Origin: Scenedesmus sp. PABB004
Taxonomy: Eukaryota
Direction: 5' to 3'
NCBI GenBank assembly: GCA_014905635.1
Contig: JABVCE010000002.1
Location: forward strand, 930,001-994,000
Length of the DNA: 64,000 bases
The position numbers and the translations under genes are program-made. The notes below the pieces were generated by a model that saw nothing but the letters and a program-made list of their open reading frames with translations, was not told the origin of the DNA and did no database searches. Shown here piece by piece: positions 48,701-60,706 of this stretch (the stretch's first letter is position 1; every line of letters starts with the position of its first letter).

Positions 48701-51700
48701 GCGCGCTCAAGGCTGCCCTTCTCGCAAAACTCCATGAGCATCCACGTCTCCAGGGCCTCGCGCTGCTGCTCCGAGTTGCTGGCTGTGCTGGCGCTGCTCT
48801 CGGACGAGCCGTCCTCCTCCGCCCCGCCGGCGACCAGCTGCGGCGCGGCCGCGAGCGCAGCGCCGCTGCCGCCGCTGCCCTTGTCGGCCAGCCAGCTGCT
48901 GGCGAGGGCGTTGCGCTGGGCGATGGTCATGGTGCTGATGTGGTACGTCTGAACCTGCGGCCGGGCGGGCGGCAGGCGATCGAGGGGCGGCGCCGGCCCT
49001 GCCAGTGCGCACTGGCAGCGCAGCATGCTGCGCGCCCCGGCCGCGGCGCCGCAGGCCGGCGCCGGCGCCGGCCTGAGCGGCGAGCCGGGCCCCGGCGCCA
49101 CACCACGTTGGGGTGCGCGACGCTCGTGGCCAGGAGCGTCTCGTTGCCGACGCTGATGCACTTGCCGCCGCTGCTGGCGGTGCCGGGCGCGCCCTCGTGG
49201 TGCTCGATGATCTTCACAGCCACCGTCACCGCCTTCCACCGGCCTGCGGCGGCAGGCGCCCGCGCGCGGGGAGGCGGCGCTCACGCAGGCGGGCAGCCTG
49301 GCGCCAGGCTCTGGGCCGCACGCTGGGCCGCCGCCCGCCGCCGGCCCCGTGCGCAGCGGCGGCGGCGCCGCACCCTTGTAGACGCGGCCGTAGCTGCCGC
49401 GGCCCAGCAGGGGGCCGATCTTGAGGTCGCGCAGCACTGCCAGCTCCGACCGCGCCTTGAGCAGCGCCGGCACGCCGCGCGTGCGGTCAGCCAGGCGGGC
49501 GCTGCCGCTGGTGCTGGCGCCCGGCTCGCCACGCGCCGGGCTGGGCGAGGTGCCGCTGCTGCCGCCAGTGCTGCCGCCGCCGCCACTGCCGCCGCCGCCG
49601 CCGCCGCTGCCCGCAGCCAGGTCATCGCCGACGGTGGCGGTCAGCACTGTGGCGGTCGCGCTGCCGGCCGTGCTGCCCGCGCTGCCGTCGCCGCCCACGC
49701 CGCTCTCCAGGCTGTTCTCGCGCGTGGCTGCGAGGACGCTGGGCGGCGAGGCGCTGCCGGCCCTGAGCCGCGCCGCGCCCGCGAGGTGCGCGGCCACCGC
49801 CAGGCTGCTGGGCTCCGGGCCCGCCTGCGCGGCGGCGGCGTCCAGGCTAAGGCGCTCAAGCGAGCTCGTCTCAGCCAGCGTCATGGCACCGCGCGCCGTG
49901 CTGCCGCTGGCGCTGCGGCTTGTGCTGTGCCACATGATCGACGACAGGGGGCTGGGCGCAGCCTGGCCGGCGCCCAGGCCAAACAGCCCAGCCCCGCCCG
50001 CAGCGCCGCCGCCGCCGCCGCCCGCGCCAGCAAAGCCGAGCGCGCCCGGCGCGGCCACTGCTTCGGGCTGCGGCGGTGTGTGCAGGCTGCCGGGGGTGCT
50101 GCCGCCGCCCTTGTCGCTGCTGCTCGGCGGGGCGGACGGCGCCGGCGTGCCTGCGGCGGCCTGCGCGCGGCGGGCGGGGGCGAGCGGCGTCGGCGCGCGG
50201 CGCGGCTTGGGCGGCGCCGGCAGCCGGGCGGCGGCGGCCGCGGGCGCTGTGTGCCCCGCACCTCGGGGCGGCCCTGGTCGCGCGAGCGGCGCGTGTCGTC
50301 GCGGTCAGCGTAGCTGGCCAGCTGCAGCCGCCCACCCTCCAGGTCCTTGGCGCGGCGGGAGGCCGCCCGAGCGGCCGGCGCGGCGCGGCGGCGCCGCCGC
50401 CGCCTGTGCGCCAGCAGGCAGGCCGCCAGGCACGCGCCCAGCGCGGCCACTACAGCGATGGGCACCGCGATTGCCGCCGCCAGGCCGCCGCCCGAGAGGC
50501 CTGCGGGCGTGACCCGCACGTGCACGTTGAGGGCGGCGCGCGCGACGGGCCGCGCCGCGCCGGCGCCGCCAGGCTGCCGCAACGGGGGCCGCGGTGCGCG
50601 CGCGCACCCGGGCCGCGCGTGGCGTTGGGCAGGCAGACAAACGTGAAGTTCTGCAGCAGCGCAGTCGCGTTGCCGGCGGTGCTGCCGGGCGCGGTGGCGC
50701 TGGCGCTGCCGTTGATGACGGCGACGCGGACCGCCAGCGGCCCGACGACGCGGCCGGCCGTCGCGTTGACCGGCTCCACCCCCCGCTCGCCCCACTGCTG
50801 GCGCATGCCGAAGACCACCCTTGCCACGTACTGCTCGCACGTGTCGACGTCCGACGGGTCCGCAAACGCGACGCCAGAGTCGCGCAGCTCGATCTGGCGC
50901 GGCGCGGCTCGTGGGCGGGGCGGCGGCCGCGGCGGCGCGGAGCGGCGGCGCGGCGGCGCCACGCGCCGCACCGTGGCGTTGGGCGCGAGGCCGATGGAGG
51001 GCCACAGCGGGTAGCCGATGCCCGCGTTGCGCCAGGGCTGCGCAGGGCTGTGCGCGTAGCTGCCCGCGGGCGCGATGTTGGCCAGGACCACGCGCTCAAA
51101 GCTCAGCACGCCGCCGGGGCCGACGAGCATGGCGGAAGGCATGCTGCCAAAGTCGAGCGTCTGCCAGGCGAGCGGGTCGTCCGGCGGGCCGTCTGGCGGC
51201 GCGTGGGCGCGGCCGGGCCGCGGTCAGGGCTGGCACGGCGTGCGCGGCGGGGCTCGAGGCCGCGCCGCCGTGCTGCTGGCGCGGGCTACCGCCGCGCGCT
51301 GCGCGGGCGCACCGCTCGTGATGGTCAAGTTGGACTTGGACACCAGCTGCGCCACGCCGCCGCTCGCGGCAAACGCGCGCCGCCACGCCTCGCCGTCCAG
51401 CGCGACGCGGTCTGCGCGCGTGCGCCGGCGTGGGCGCGGGCCGGCACGGCGCGCGCCTGCGTGGGCGGGGGGCGGCAGACCGCGCGCAGCGCGGGCGCTC
51501 GGCTCACTCTGCAGGCGCACGCTGCTGACGGAGGGGTCGAGGCAGAACTGCTGCAACCCAGATGCGCGGAAGACGAGGCGCGCTGTCAGGTTGCTCGCGA
51601 CTGCGCGGCGGTGGCGGAGCGCTCACGACTGCGCGGCGGCGGAGCGCTCGCGACTGCGCGGCGCGGCGGCGGAGCGCTCGCGACCGGCCGCCGCCAGCCG

Positions 51701-51862
51701 TCGCGGCCGCCGCCAGCGCACCGCACCTGACGGAACGTCATCGGGAAGAAACTGGGTCGCTTGCTGGGCCGCCGTGGGCGCCGGGGCGAGCGCCGCGAGC
51801 AGCAGCGCGAGCAGCAGGGCCGTGCGCGGCGGCAGCGGCAGCGCCGCGCGCCGCCGCGCCAT
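45724..51862 (-). CDS. Receptor-like TKL Ser/Thr kinase, paralog A (signal peptide, ectodomain, TM, kinase, long low-complexity tail)
   Basis: Signal MARRRAALPLPPRTALLLALLLAALAPAPTAA. TM LAAAIAVPIAVVAALGACLAACLLA followed by a poly-Arg stop-transfer. Kinase motifs LLGRGSYGRVY, VAVK, HGDLKTANVLL, DFGLS and DIYSFG. Confidence 0.9.
51594..51684. repeat. Intronic minisatellite (three 24-29 bp units GCTC(G/A)CGACTGCGCGGCG...GCGGAGC)
   Basis: Visible tandem units in the first intron of kinase A. Confidence 0.75.
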
Positions 51863-52223
51863 GCCCGCCCGCCCCCGGTGCGGCGCGATCGTCGGGCACC
51901 CGGGCGGCGGCGGGGCGGCGGGGGCGGCGGGGGCGGCGGCGGTGCTGGTCGCCGACGACGCAGCACGCGCTCGCAGCGCACCGACGACGCGCCGACGCAC
52001 GCGGATGGCGGCGCGGGGGCCGGCGCGGGTCCTGGGGCGGTCTGAGCCTGCAGCGGCGGCGAGGGCGTGCTGGACCGCCCGGGAGGCGCGGGCGCGACGA
52101 GCGGTGCCTGCAAAAGCGCGAGCCCGAGTGCCGCGACTGCCCGGAAGGCCGCCGGCTCACCGCGCTGCGGAGAGTTGGGTGGATCCACATGACGTTCGCG
52201 CGTGCCGCGCGGCCTGGGCCGTG

Positions 52224-54077
52224 ATGCACGCCCGCGGCCTGCTCCAGCAGACGCAGCAGCAGAGTTCTGCCTGCCGCTGTGCCGCACGACGAGACCGGGC
52301 CGCCGCGGCCGCTCGCCGGCGCGCCGGCACCGCGGCAGCGGCAGCGGCCGAGCCGGCAGGGCGCGGCGCGATGTCGCAAGCCTGCGCCCCCGCGCAGGGC
52401 AGCTGCCTGGCGCCGCGGGCTGAGGTGCAGCTGCACGGCCCACCCGGCGCGCACCCGTTCCGAGTGGTCACGTTCAACGTCCTGGTGAGGCGGCGGCGCC
52501 AGCGGCAGCGGCGGCGCTCGCCGCTGCCCACTCATGCGGCGGAGCGCGCGGCCGCCGCCGCGCCGGCCCCGACCGCCCGGCGGGCGCTGTCGGGGGGCGC
52601 TTGCCGTGCCGGGGGGCGCTGCGGCGTCCAGCGCATGTGTGGCCGGCGCCGGCGCAGAGCGAGCAGGCTGCTGCGCGGGCGCCGACCCCGTCCCACGGCG
52701 CCGCGCCGCGCCGCCGCCGCGCGCGCGCAGGCCGACGGCCTGGCGCAGAGCGGCGACTTCGTCAAGGTCCCGCTCAGCTGCCTCGCGTGGGAGCACCGCC
52801 TGCCGCTCATCCTGCAGGAGGTGCGCGCGGCGGACGCGGACATCATCTGCCTGCAGGAGCTCAACCACTTTGGTGCGGCGGCGCCGCTGGTCGCGCGTGC
52901 GGCGCCGCGTGCAGCGCGCGCGCCCCGCCCCGCGCGCCCCGCCCCGCGCGCCGCCGCCGCTGAGCCGGGCCGCGCGCGCGCGCAGACACGCTCGCGGCCG
53001 CGCTCGTGCCGGAGGGCTACTGCTGTTTCTTCCGCGCCAAGAAGCCCTCGCCCGCGCTCAAGTTTGGCTTCCCCGCCGACGGCATCGCGCTCTTCTACCG
53101 CGGCGCGCGCTTTTCCGCGAGCCCAGCGCCCTCGGGTGAGCGCTCACGGCGGCGGCGCCGCCGCGCGTGCCGCGGCGCGCGGCACCGTCCCGCGCGTGGC
53201 ACCGGCACGCACACACCACGCGCACGCGCGCACGCAACGCAGGGTCGTGCTTCAACTCCATGGACGGCCAGCCCGCGGCGCAGGGCTTTGTGACCGCGCT
53301 GCTGCACGACAAGCTGTCGGGGCAGGCGCTGCTGGTCGCGGCGACGCACCTCAAGGCGAAGGCGGGCGCGGACAACGAGCAGACGCGCGTGCACCAGGTG
53401 CGGCGCGCCGCCGGCCCCGCCGCCGCGCCCGCCGCCGCGCCCGCCGCCGCGCCCGCTGCTGAGGGCCGTGCGCCGCTTCGCAGGCCTGCCAGCTCCTGCA
53501 GGAGCTGGAGAACATGGCCGACCGGCACCAGCTGCTGCAGCGGCAGCAGCAGCCGGCGGGCGGCAACGGCAGCAGCAGCAGCAGCAGCAGCAGCGTGCGC
53601 CCGCCGGCGGTGCTAGTGTGCGGCGACTTCAACACCACGCCGGACAGCGAAACGTTGCGGGTCATGCAGCAGCACGCCCTGGGGCTGCAGAGCATCTGGG
53701 AGGTGCCCTGGAGCGGCAGCTACAGCCCGCTCGGCGGCAACAGCAACGGCAACGGCAACGGCCGCGCCGCGAGCAACGGCAACGGCAACAGCGACCGCAG
53801 CGGCGGAGCGGCGGCCGCCGGCACCGCCAACGGCAACGGCAACGGGCGCGCCGCCGCGCACGCGGCGCAGGGGCGCGAGTTCACGACCTGGAAGTTCCGC
53901 AGTGGCGGCGGCGTGCAGCGCACGATCGACTACATCCTCTTCAGTGCGGGCCGCCTCTCGCCGCGCAGCCGCTGGCGCATGCTCAGCGAGGACGAGATCG
54001 GCCCGGACGGCCTCCCCAACCGGGCGTACCCCTCCGACCACATGGCCGTCGCGGCGCAGTTCGGCTGGCTCGAGTGA
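52224..54077 (+). CDS. Nocturnin-like EEP/CCR4-family phosphatase (second in-frame ATG at 52371)
   Basis: RVVTFNVL|ADGLAQ, LAWEHRLPLILQEV, DIICLQE, KKPSP...PADGIALFY, ATHLKAK, VCGDFN, FTTWKFR, TIDYIL, and LPNRAYPSDH. This is the nocturnin subfamily pattern. Confidence 0.9.
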
Positions 54078-54561
54078 GGCGGCGCCGGTAGGGGCGCAGT
54101 TTTGGGGCCGCCGGGGCGCGGCGGCGCACTCGCCTCCTGGGCGCGCGGGCGGCGCGCGTTTGCGGCGATTTTGTCGACCAGCCGCGGTGCATGTTTGCCG
54201 GCGCACTGTGTCTGTGGGAGTTGAAATCATCTGGCGGGCGCGGGGGCGGGACGGGACGCGTGCAGCGCTGGGCCGGAGCAGGCAACTGACACCTCGGGGC
54301 CCGAGGCTCGGGCGGCGGCCGGCCGCGGTTTTCCCCAACCCTCGCTCTGCCCCGCCCGCGCCCTCGCGCCCCACGCCTGAATCTCGCCCAGCCACGCCCA
54401 GGCGCCGAGCGCGCCGCCGCCGCGGGGGCCGCTGCCGCTGGCGCTGCCAGCGCAGCGCGCCGTGGCTGCGGCCAGCAGCACGCTGCCTGCCTCGCAGCAC
54501 TCCCAGGGACGCGAGCCGTGACTGCACGCCATTTCGCGCCTGCCCGACGGCCTGCGGCGCG

Positions 54562-57500
54562 ATGCGCAGCGCGGCGGCGGCGGCGCTGCTGCTGCTGTGC
54601 GCCGCCGGTCTCGGTCTCGCCCCCCGCGCCGCGCGCGCGCAGGTGGGCGCGGCGCCGCGGGTGTTGCGCATTTGCGGAATGCAGGGCGTGACTGGCGCCC
54701 GCGCGGCTCGGCGGTCGGCGGCGGCGCTGCTCACGCTGCTCGCGCTGCGCGCCACGCGCAGTCGCCCACGCAGTTCATTCCGGCCGAGCTCTCCGGCGAG
54801 GTTTCCGCAAGGCTTGTCTTCCGGCAGGCGGTGAGCCGCGCGGCCAGTCCGGCGGTGCGCGGCGCAGCACGGCGCGCTCGGGGCGCGGGGGAGGGGCCCT
54901 GCGGCGAGTCCGGCGGCCTGCGTGCGCCGCGCCGCGCAGGGCCTCGCTGCGGCCTGGGCCGACCCGACTGCGCGGCGCGCGGTCGTGCGCGGCCGCATCG
55001 CGCTCGACGCCCCCGCCTGGCGCGGCGCCTTTGCGGCGACCGGCGGCGTCGCGGCGATGGGCGCCGACCTGCCGGGCCTGCAGAACTTTACCATCACCGG
55101 CGACGCGTGCGCCACGGACGCGTGCGGTGCCGACGCCGACACCGGCGACGGCGGCACGCCGCCGCCCGCGGCACAGCACGCGCCGGAGATTGACTTGCAG
55201 GAGACGCCCGGCGTCATGCTTGTCCGCGGCGGCGGCCTCCTCGCGCTCACGCGCCTGCGCCTGTCCAACATCGCGCCGGCGTCGGCCTACGCATACTCCA
55301 ACTCCCAGCCCGTCAAGAGCGTCGGCATCGGCACAGGCACTTGGCCCACCATCGCGCTCGCCCCCAACGCGACGGTGCGCGCGGCCGGGCGGCGCCGCGG
55401 CCGCGCCGGCGCCCCGCGACCGCCGGTCCCCCGATCGCCGTCGCATGCGCGCAGCTGGTGCTGAGCGACGTGGAGATCACGTACCGGAACCCCGCGCCCC
55501 TGGACACCTGCGAGCAGTACAACGAGCGCGCTGTGTTCGGCCTCCAGCAGGTCGGCCGCCGGACGCCCCGCGGCCGACACCCCCGGCCGCCGCTGCGCGC
55601 GCTCACGCCGCGCGGCGCCCGCGCGCCGGGCGCGCGCGCGCAGGTGTACAACGCGTCCACGGTGCTGCCCATCAACGCGACCGCGGGCCTCGTGCGCGGG
55701 CCGCTGGAGATCCGCATCGTCGTGATCAACGGCAGCGACAACTCCACCCTCGGCCTCGCGCGTGGCGTGTTTACCAACGTGCGACCGGCCGGTCGCGCGC
55801 GCGCCGTCAGCGCACGCCGCCTCCCGCCGAGTGAGTGCCAAGCACGCGCTGCCGCGCCGCAGGTCTCCTTCACCTGCCTTCCAGCGCTGCCGCAGCCCGG
55901 CGCAGGTGCGTGCGGGTTGCGCGCACGCGGTGTGGCGGCGCGGGCCCCGTCCGGCGCCCGAGCCCGCCCGGCGCGTGCGCGCGTGACCCGCGTCGCAGGC
56001 GGCCTCGCCCCAGGCGCGCTCGCGGCGGCGGTCGCGGTGCCGCTGGCCGTGGCGACGGCGCTTGGCGCGGGCCTGGTGGCGTGCCTGGCGGCGCGCCGCC
56101 GCCGCCGCGCCGCCGCCGCCGCCGCCAACGCCGCGGCCGCGGCGCCTGGCGGCGCTGGCAAGGACCTGGAGGCTGGGTTGCCCTGGCACGGCGTTGCGCG
56201 GCGGGATGTGGACGGCTGCCGCGACACCGACGCCGAGTGCGATGGGGCGCAGGCCGAGCCCGGCCTCGCGCGTGGGCCGACGGGGGTTGCAGCGAGCGCC
56301 GCTGGCAGCACGCCCTACGGCAGCAGCTTCCCAGGCAGCAGTGCCTCGGCCGCGTCGTCCACGCTGCCCGCCATGGGCCTCGCCTCGGGCGGGCTTCACG
56401 GCGAGCCCGCCACTCCGGCGCAGCTTGCAGCGCTGGCAGCCACGCCGGGACGGGGCAGTGCCGACAGCGCTGCCTGGGCCCGCGGCCGGGCGCCATCCAG
56501 CGGCGAGACCGGCAGCTTTGCCCAGGCGCAGCACGCGAGCGCCGCGCCCCCGAGCGCTGGCAGCAGTGGCGGCGTGGGCGGCAGCGACGTCACGCGTGGG
56601 GGCAGCGGCGCCGCCACGTCAACGAGCCCGGGCGGCTCAGGCACTGCGGCGCAGGGCCGCACCAGCATCGGCGCTGCGGAGCGGGCCCAGGGCGCGCCCA
56701 CGTGTCTGGCGCTGCTCAAGGCGCGGTCCGAGCTGGCGGTGCTGCGCGACCTCAAGATCGGCCCCCTGCTGGGCCGCGGCAGCTACGGCCGCGTCTACAA
56801 GGGTGCGGCGCCGCCGCGCGTGCACGGCCGGCGGCGGGCGGCGGCCCAGCGTGCGGCCCAGAGCCTGGCGACCAGGCTGCCCGCCTGCGTGAGCGCCGCC
56901 GCCCCGCGCGCGGGCGCCTGCCGCCGCAGGCCGGTGGAAGGCGGTGACGGTGGCTGTGAAGATCATCGAGCACCACGAGGGCGCGCCCGGCACCGCCAGC
57001 AGCGGCGGCAAGCGCATCAACATCAACCGCGAGAGCATGCTGGCGACTAGCATGGCGCACCCCAACGTGGTGCGGCGCCGGGGCGCGCCGCCGCGCGGGG
57101 CCGGGTGCCAGCGCGCCAGTGCTGGCGCGCTAGCGCCAGCGCGGCCGCCAGGCTCGTGCTGCGTCCTGCGAGGCGCGCCGAGCGGTGCGCGCCCGCCTGG
57201 CCGCAGGTTCAGACGTACCACATCAGCACCATGACCACGGCTGAGCGCGCCGCCCTGGCCAACACCTGGGTGCTGGAGCAGGGCGCCGAGGGCGGCAGTG
57301 GCCAGGGCCAGCAGCGCGCGCGCGGCCGGCGCGGCTCCGGCCTGGCCGGCGCCGGCGGTGACGACGACGAGAGCGGCGGGAGCAGCCGCAGCAGCGACGG
57401 CGAGCAGCGCGAGGTGCTGGAGACGTGGATGCTCATGGAGTTTTGCGAGAAGGGCAGCCTCGAGCGCGCGGTGGCGCGCGGCAAGTTTGTGCGACGCGAG

Positions 57501-59984
57501 GACCGCCAGCCAGAGATGGTGCGCGGGGCCGGCGGCAGCGGTGGCCGGCGTACGGGCTCCGGGCGGCGCGCGCGAGCGCGGCGACCGGCGCCGAGCGCAC
57601 CGCCGCCTCGGCCGCCAGATTGGCATCCTCAAGGCGCTGCTGGACACGGCGAGCGGTCTGGACTACCTCCACTCTATCGGCGTGGTGCACGGCGACCTCA
57701 AGACCGCCAACGTGCTGCTCAAGGGCTCCACGCGCGACGTGCGCGGCTTTGCGTGCAAGATCACCGACTTTGGCCTCAGCCGCGTGCTCGACCTCGACGC
57801 GACGCACATCTCAACGCGCACATACGGTGCGCCACACGCGCGCGAGCCGCCGCGCCCGCGCCGCGCGCGCGCGCGTGGCTGCCGGCCTGTGCGGCCCAAC
57901 CACCGCCGCAACTGCCGTCGCAATTGCCGCCACAGGCACCATCGTGTACATGCCCAGCGAGCTGCTGCTGACGGGGCGCATGACGCCGGCCACCGACATC
58001 TACTCGTTTGGCCTGATGAGTGAGCGGCGCCTGCGCGCCCGCCTGCCTGCGCGCCTGCGCGCCTGCGTGGCGCGCCCTGCGCGCACGCGCCTGGCGCCAA
58101 CGGGTGCCCACGCCGCCGCGCGGCGCGCGCGCGCCCGCTGTCGCAGTGTGGGAGCTTCTGACGGGCACGCGCGTGTTTGAGGAGGGCCTGTCCATCGGCC
58201 AGATCTTCTACATGATCGCATACCAGGCCTGGCGCCCGCCGCTGCCGCCGGGCTGCCCGCCGGGCTACGCCGCCATCATGACCGCCTGCTGGCACCAGGA
58301 CCCAGAGCAGCGCCCCACCGTGCAGCAGCTGCTGCGCTCCCTGCAGCGCCTCTATGTCGCCGAGAAGCAGCGCGCCGCCGCCACGCGCACCGCCGCCGCG
58401 GCGGAGACCGCCGCCGGCAGCCCGGCGGGCACGGCCCGCGGAAGCGGCGGCGCGGCGGGCAGCCGCAGCGCTGGTGGCGGTGGCAGCTCCCTTGCGCCTG
58501 GAGAGCCGGCGCAGCGCGTGAGCAACGATTCCAACGCCTCGGACAGGTACAAGAACGCCGTGGCGGCGGCCTCGGCGGCCGGGGGCGAGGTGGCCGAGGG
58601 GGCGGGCGGCGCGAGCGCAAGCCCGCTGCGGCAGCTTGCAGCCAGTGTGAGCAGCTCGGGCGCGGATGCGCCGACCTCATGGGCGTACCCTGGGCAGCAG
58701 TCGGGCGACGGCAGCAGCGGCGGCATGGGCAGCAGAGGCTCGGCTCAAGCGGCGGTGCCAGGCGGCGGCCTCGCGCCCTCGGCGATCGCGCCCGCCATGG
58801 CTGTGAGCCACGGTGGGCGCGCGGCGCCCGCTGGCCAGCTCAGCTTTGCCGGCGGCTCAGCGGGCTCGGCCCCAGGCCGGGGCAGCCGCGGCCGCGGCAG
58901 CGGCGGCGCGCGCGGCAGCGGCAGCGCCGCCAGCGGGGACGAGCGGGAGGCTGACATCTACACGCCCTGGGCGCGAGCGGTGACGGAGCCGCGCGGCCCA
59001 GGCTCGCTGCACTCTGGCGGGCCCGGCTCTGGCAGGCCCGGCGCCTGGGGCGCGCCCGCGGCGGCGTCTCAGCTGACGCTGCAGGCGGCGGCGCAGCAGG
59101 GCGCCGCGTTTCAGCGGGTGTCGTCGCCCTTCGAGCGGCAGCAGTGGGGGGCCGCGCCGCCGCTCGCTGCGCCGCACGGCCCGCCTGGGCCCGGCGGCGG
59201 CGGCGGCGGCGGGGGTCGGGGCGAGATTGAGCCGCTGGACAACGAGCCGCTGCCGTCGGAGTCGCTCTTCCGCAGCGAGGGCGACGTCGCCGTCAGCAGC
59301 AGCAGCAACGCCGCGTACGGCGACGTCGCCGACCTCCACGCCGCCCAGGGCGACGCGGGGCCGATCGCAGGCTACCTGGCCACCGTACACCGCGCCGTGC
59401 GGCGCGGCGGCGACCGGCCAGCCCCGCAGGCGGGGGCCGGCGCCGCCTGGTCCGGCGGCGCGGCCCCGGCGACGGCGGCGGCGGCGGCGGGGTACGTGCA
59501 GGCGATTGAGCTGGCGGCCGCGCCGCCGCAGCCGCCGCTCGGCGCGCCGGCTGCGCCGCGGGCGATGCTGGCGCCGCGCGCGCTGCCGGGCAGCGCAGGC
59601 GGCGGCGGCTCGAGCGTGTGGTGGCCCAGCGCGTCGACGGGCACGATGGCCTCGGTCGTCGCGGGCGCGAGCAGCGCCGGCCTGAGCAGCTCCGACCTCG
59701 GGCTGGGCGGCTCGCGCGCGCCGAGCGGCGCGCCCAGCTCGCTGCTGACGAGCCCCGGCCCGGGCGGCAGCGGCGCGGCGCCCTGGACCGCCAGCGGCAG
59801 CTCCGCGGGCGCGCCGCGCGCCGGCGGCGGCGCGCACAGCGCGGCCGGCGCGGCCGGCGCGGCCGGCAGCGGCGGCCCCGGCGTGCGCGCCGGGCTGCGC
59901 AGGCTGGTGGTGGGCTGGGGCGGCCGCGGCGGCAGCCCCACCGCCTCGCCGCCGGGCAGCCCTGTGGCGCAGCGGCAGGCCTGA
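54562..59984 (+). CDS. Receptor-like TKL Ser/Thr kinase, paralog B
   Basis: Signal MRSAAAAALLLLCAAGLGLAPRAARA. Ectodomain homologous to paralog A (NIAP, WPTIALAPNAT, DTCEQY, NATAG, VING, FTCLP). TM followed by poly-Arg. Same kinase motifs as paralog A. Confidence 0.9.
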
Positions 59985-60287
59985 CCCGGGGCGGCGGGGG
60001 CGAAGCGTGCGTGCGCGCACTGGGTCCCGCGCAGCATGAGAAGGAGGAGGCTCGCGCAGGCCGCATCAAATGAGAACGAGAGGCGTTGCGTCGAGCGAGG
60101 TTTTGTTGTGCCCGCGCCCGGCGGCCGTTCAAAAGTTGCTTCTTCCGCCCGCAGGCGCCCCGGCGCCCCGCCCCGCGTGCAGACCGCGCTCCGCTCGCTC
60201 CGGAATCTCGCGCACGCACCGCTGCGGCGGCCGCGCGGCGGCGGGGCGGCGCCGCTTGCGCCGCTGCAGCAGCGCGCGGCGCGCCGC

Positions 60288-60649
60288 ATGGCGTCCTCTG
60301 ACGCCAACCCGCTGATCGAAGCCCCGCACTTTCCGCCTGCCTTCCCGCCGGGTGGGCGGTGGGGCGCGTTCCTGGACGGCGCCGGGCGGGACCAGAGCAG
60401 CGGCCGGGGCGCGGGGCACCCCTTCCCGCACCCGGCGCACCCGCAGCGGCCCTGGACCGCGCCGGCGCCGCCGGGCGCCTGCCAGCAGCTCGCCGCGCCC
60501 CGGCCTGTCAGCGGCCTGCCGGCGGGCGGCCAGCCACACGGCTGGCCGGGCGCGCAGCCCGGCGCCGCCAGCGCGCCCTGGCTGCCCGGCGGCGCCGCAC
60601 CGCCGCAGGGCCAGCCCTCGCAGCAGGGTGGGCGATGGCACCAGCAGGG

Positions 60650-60706
<57 letters not shown>

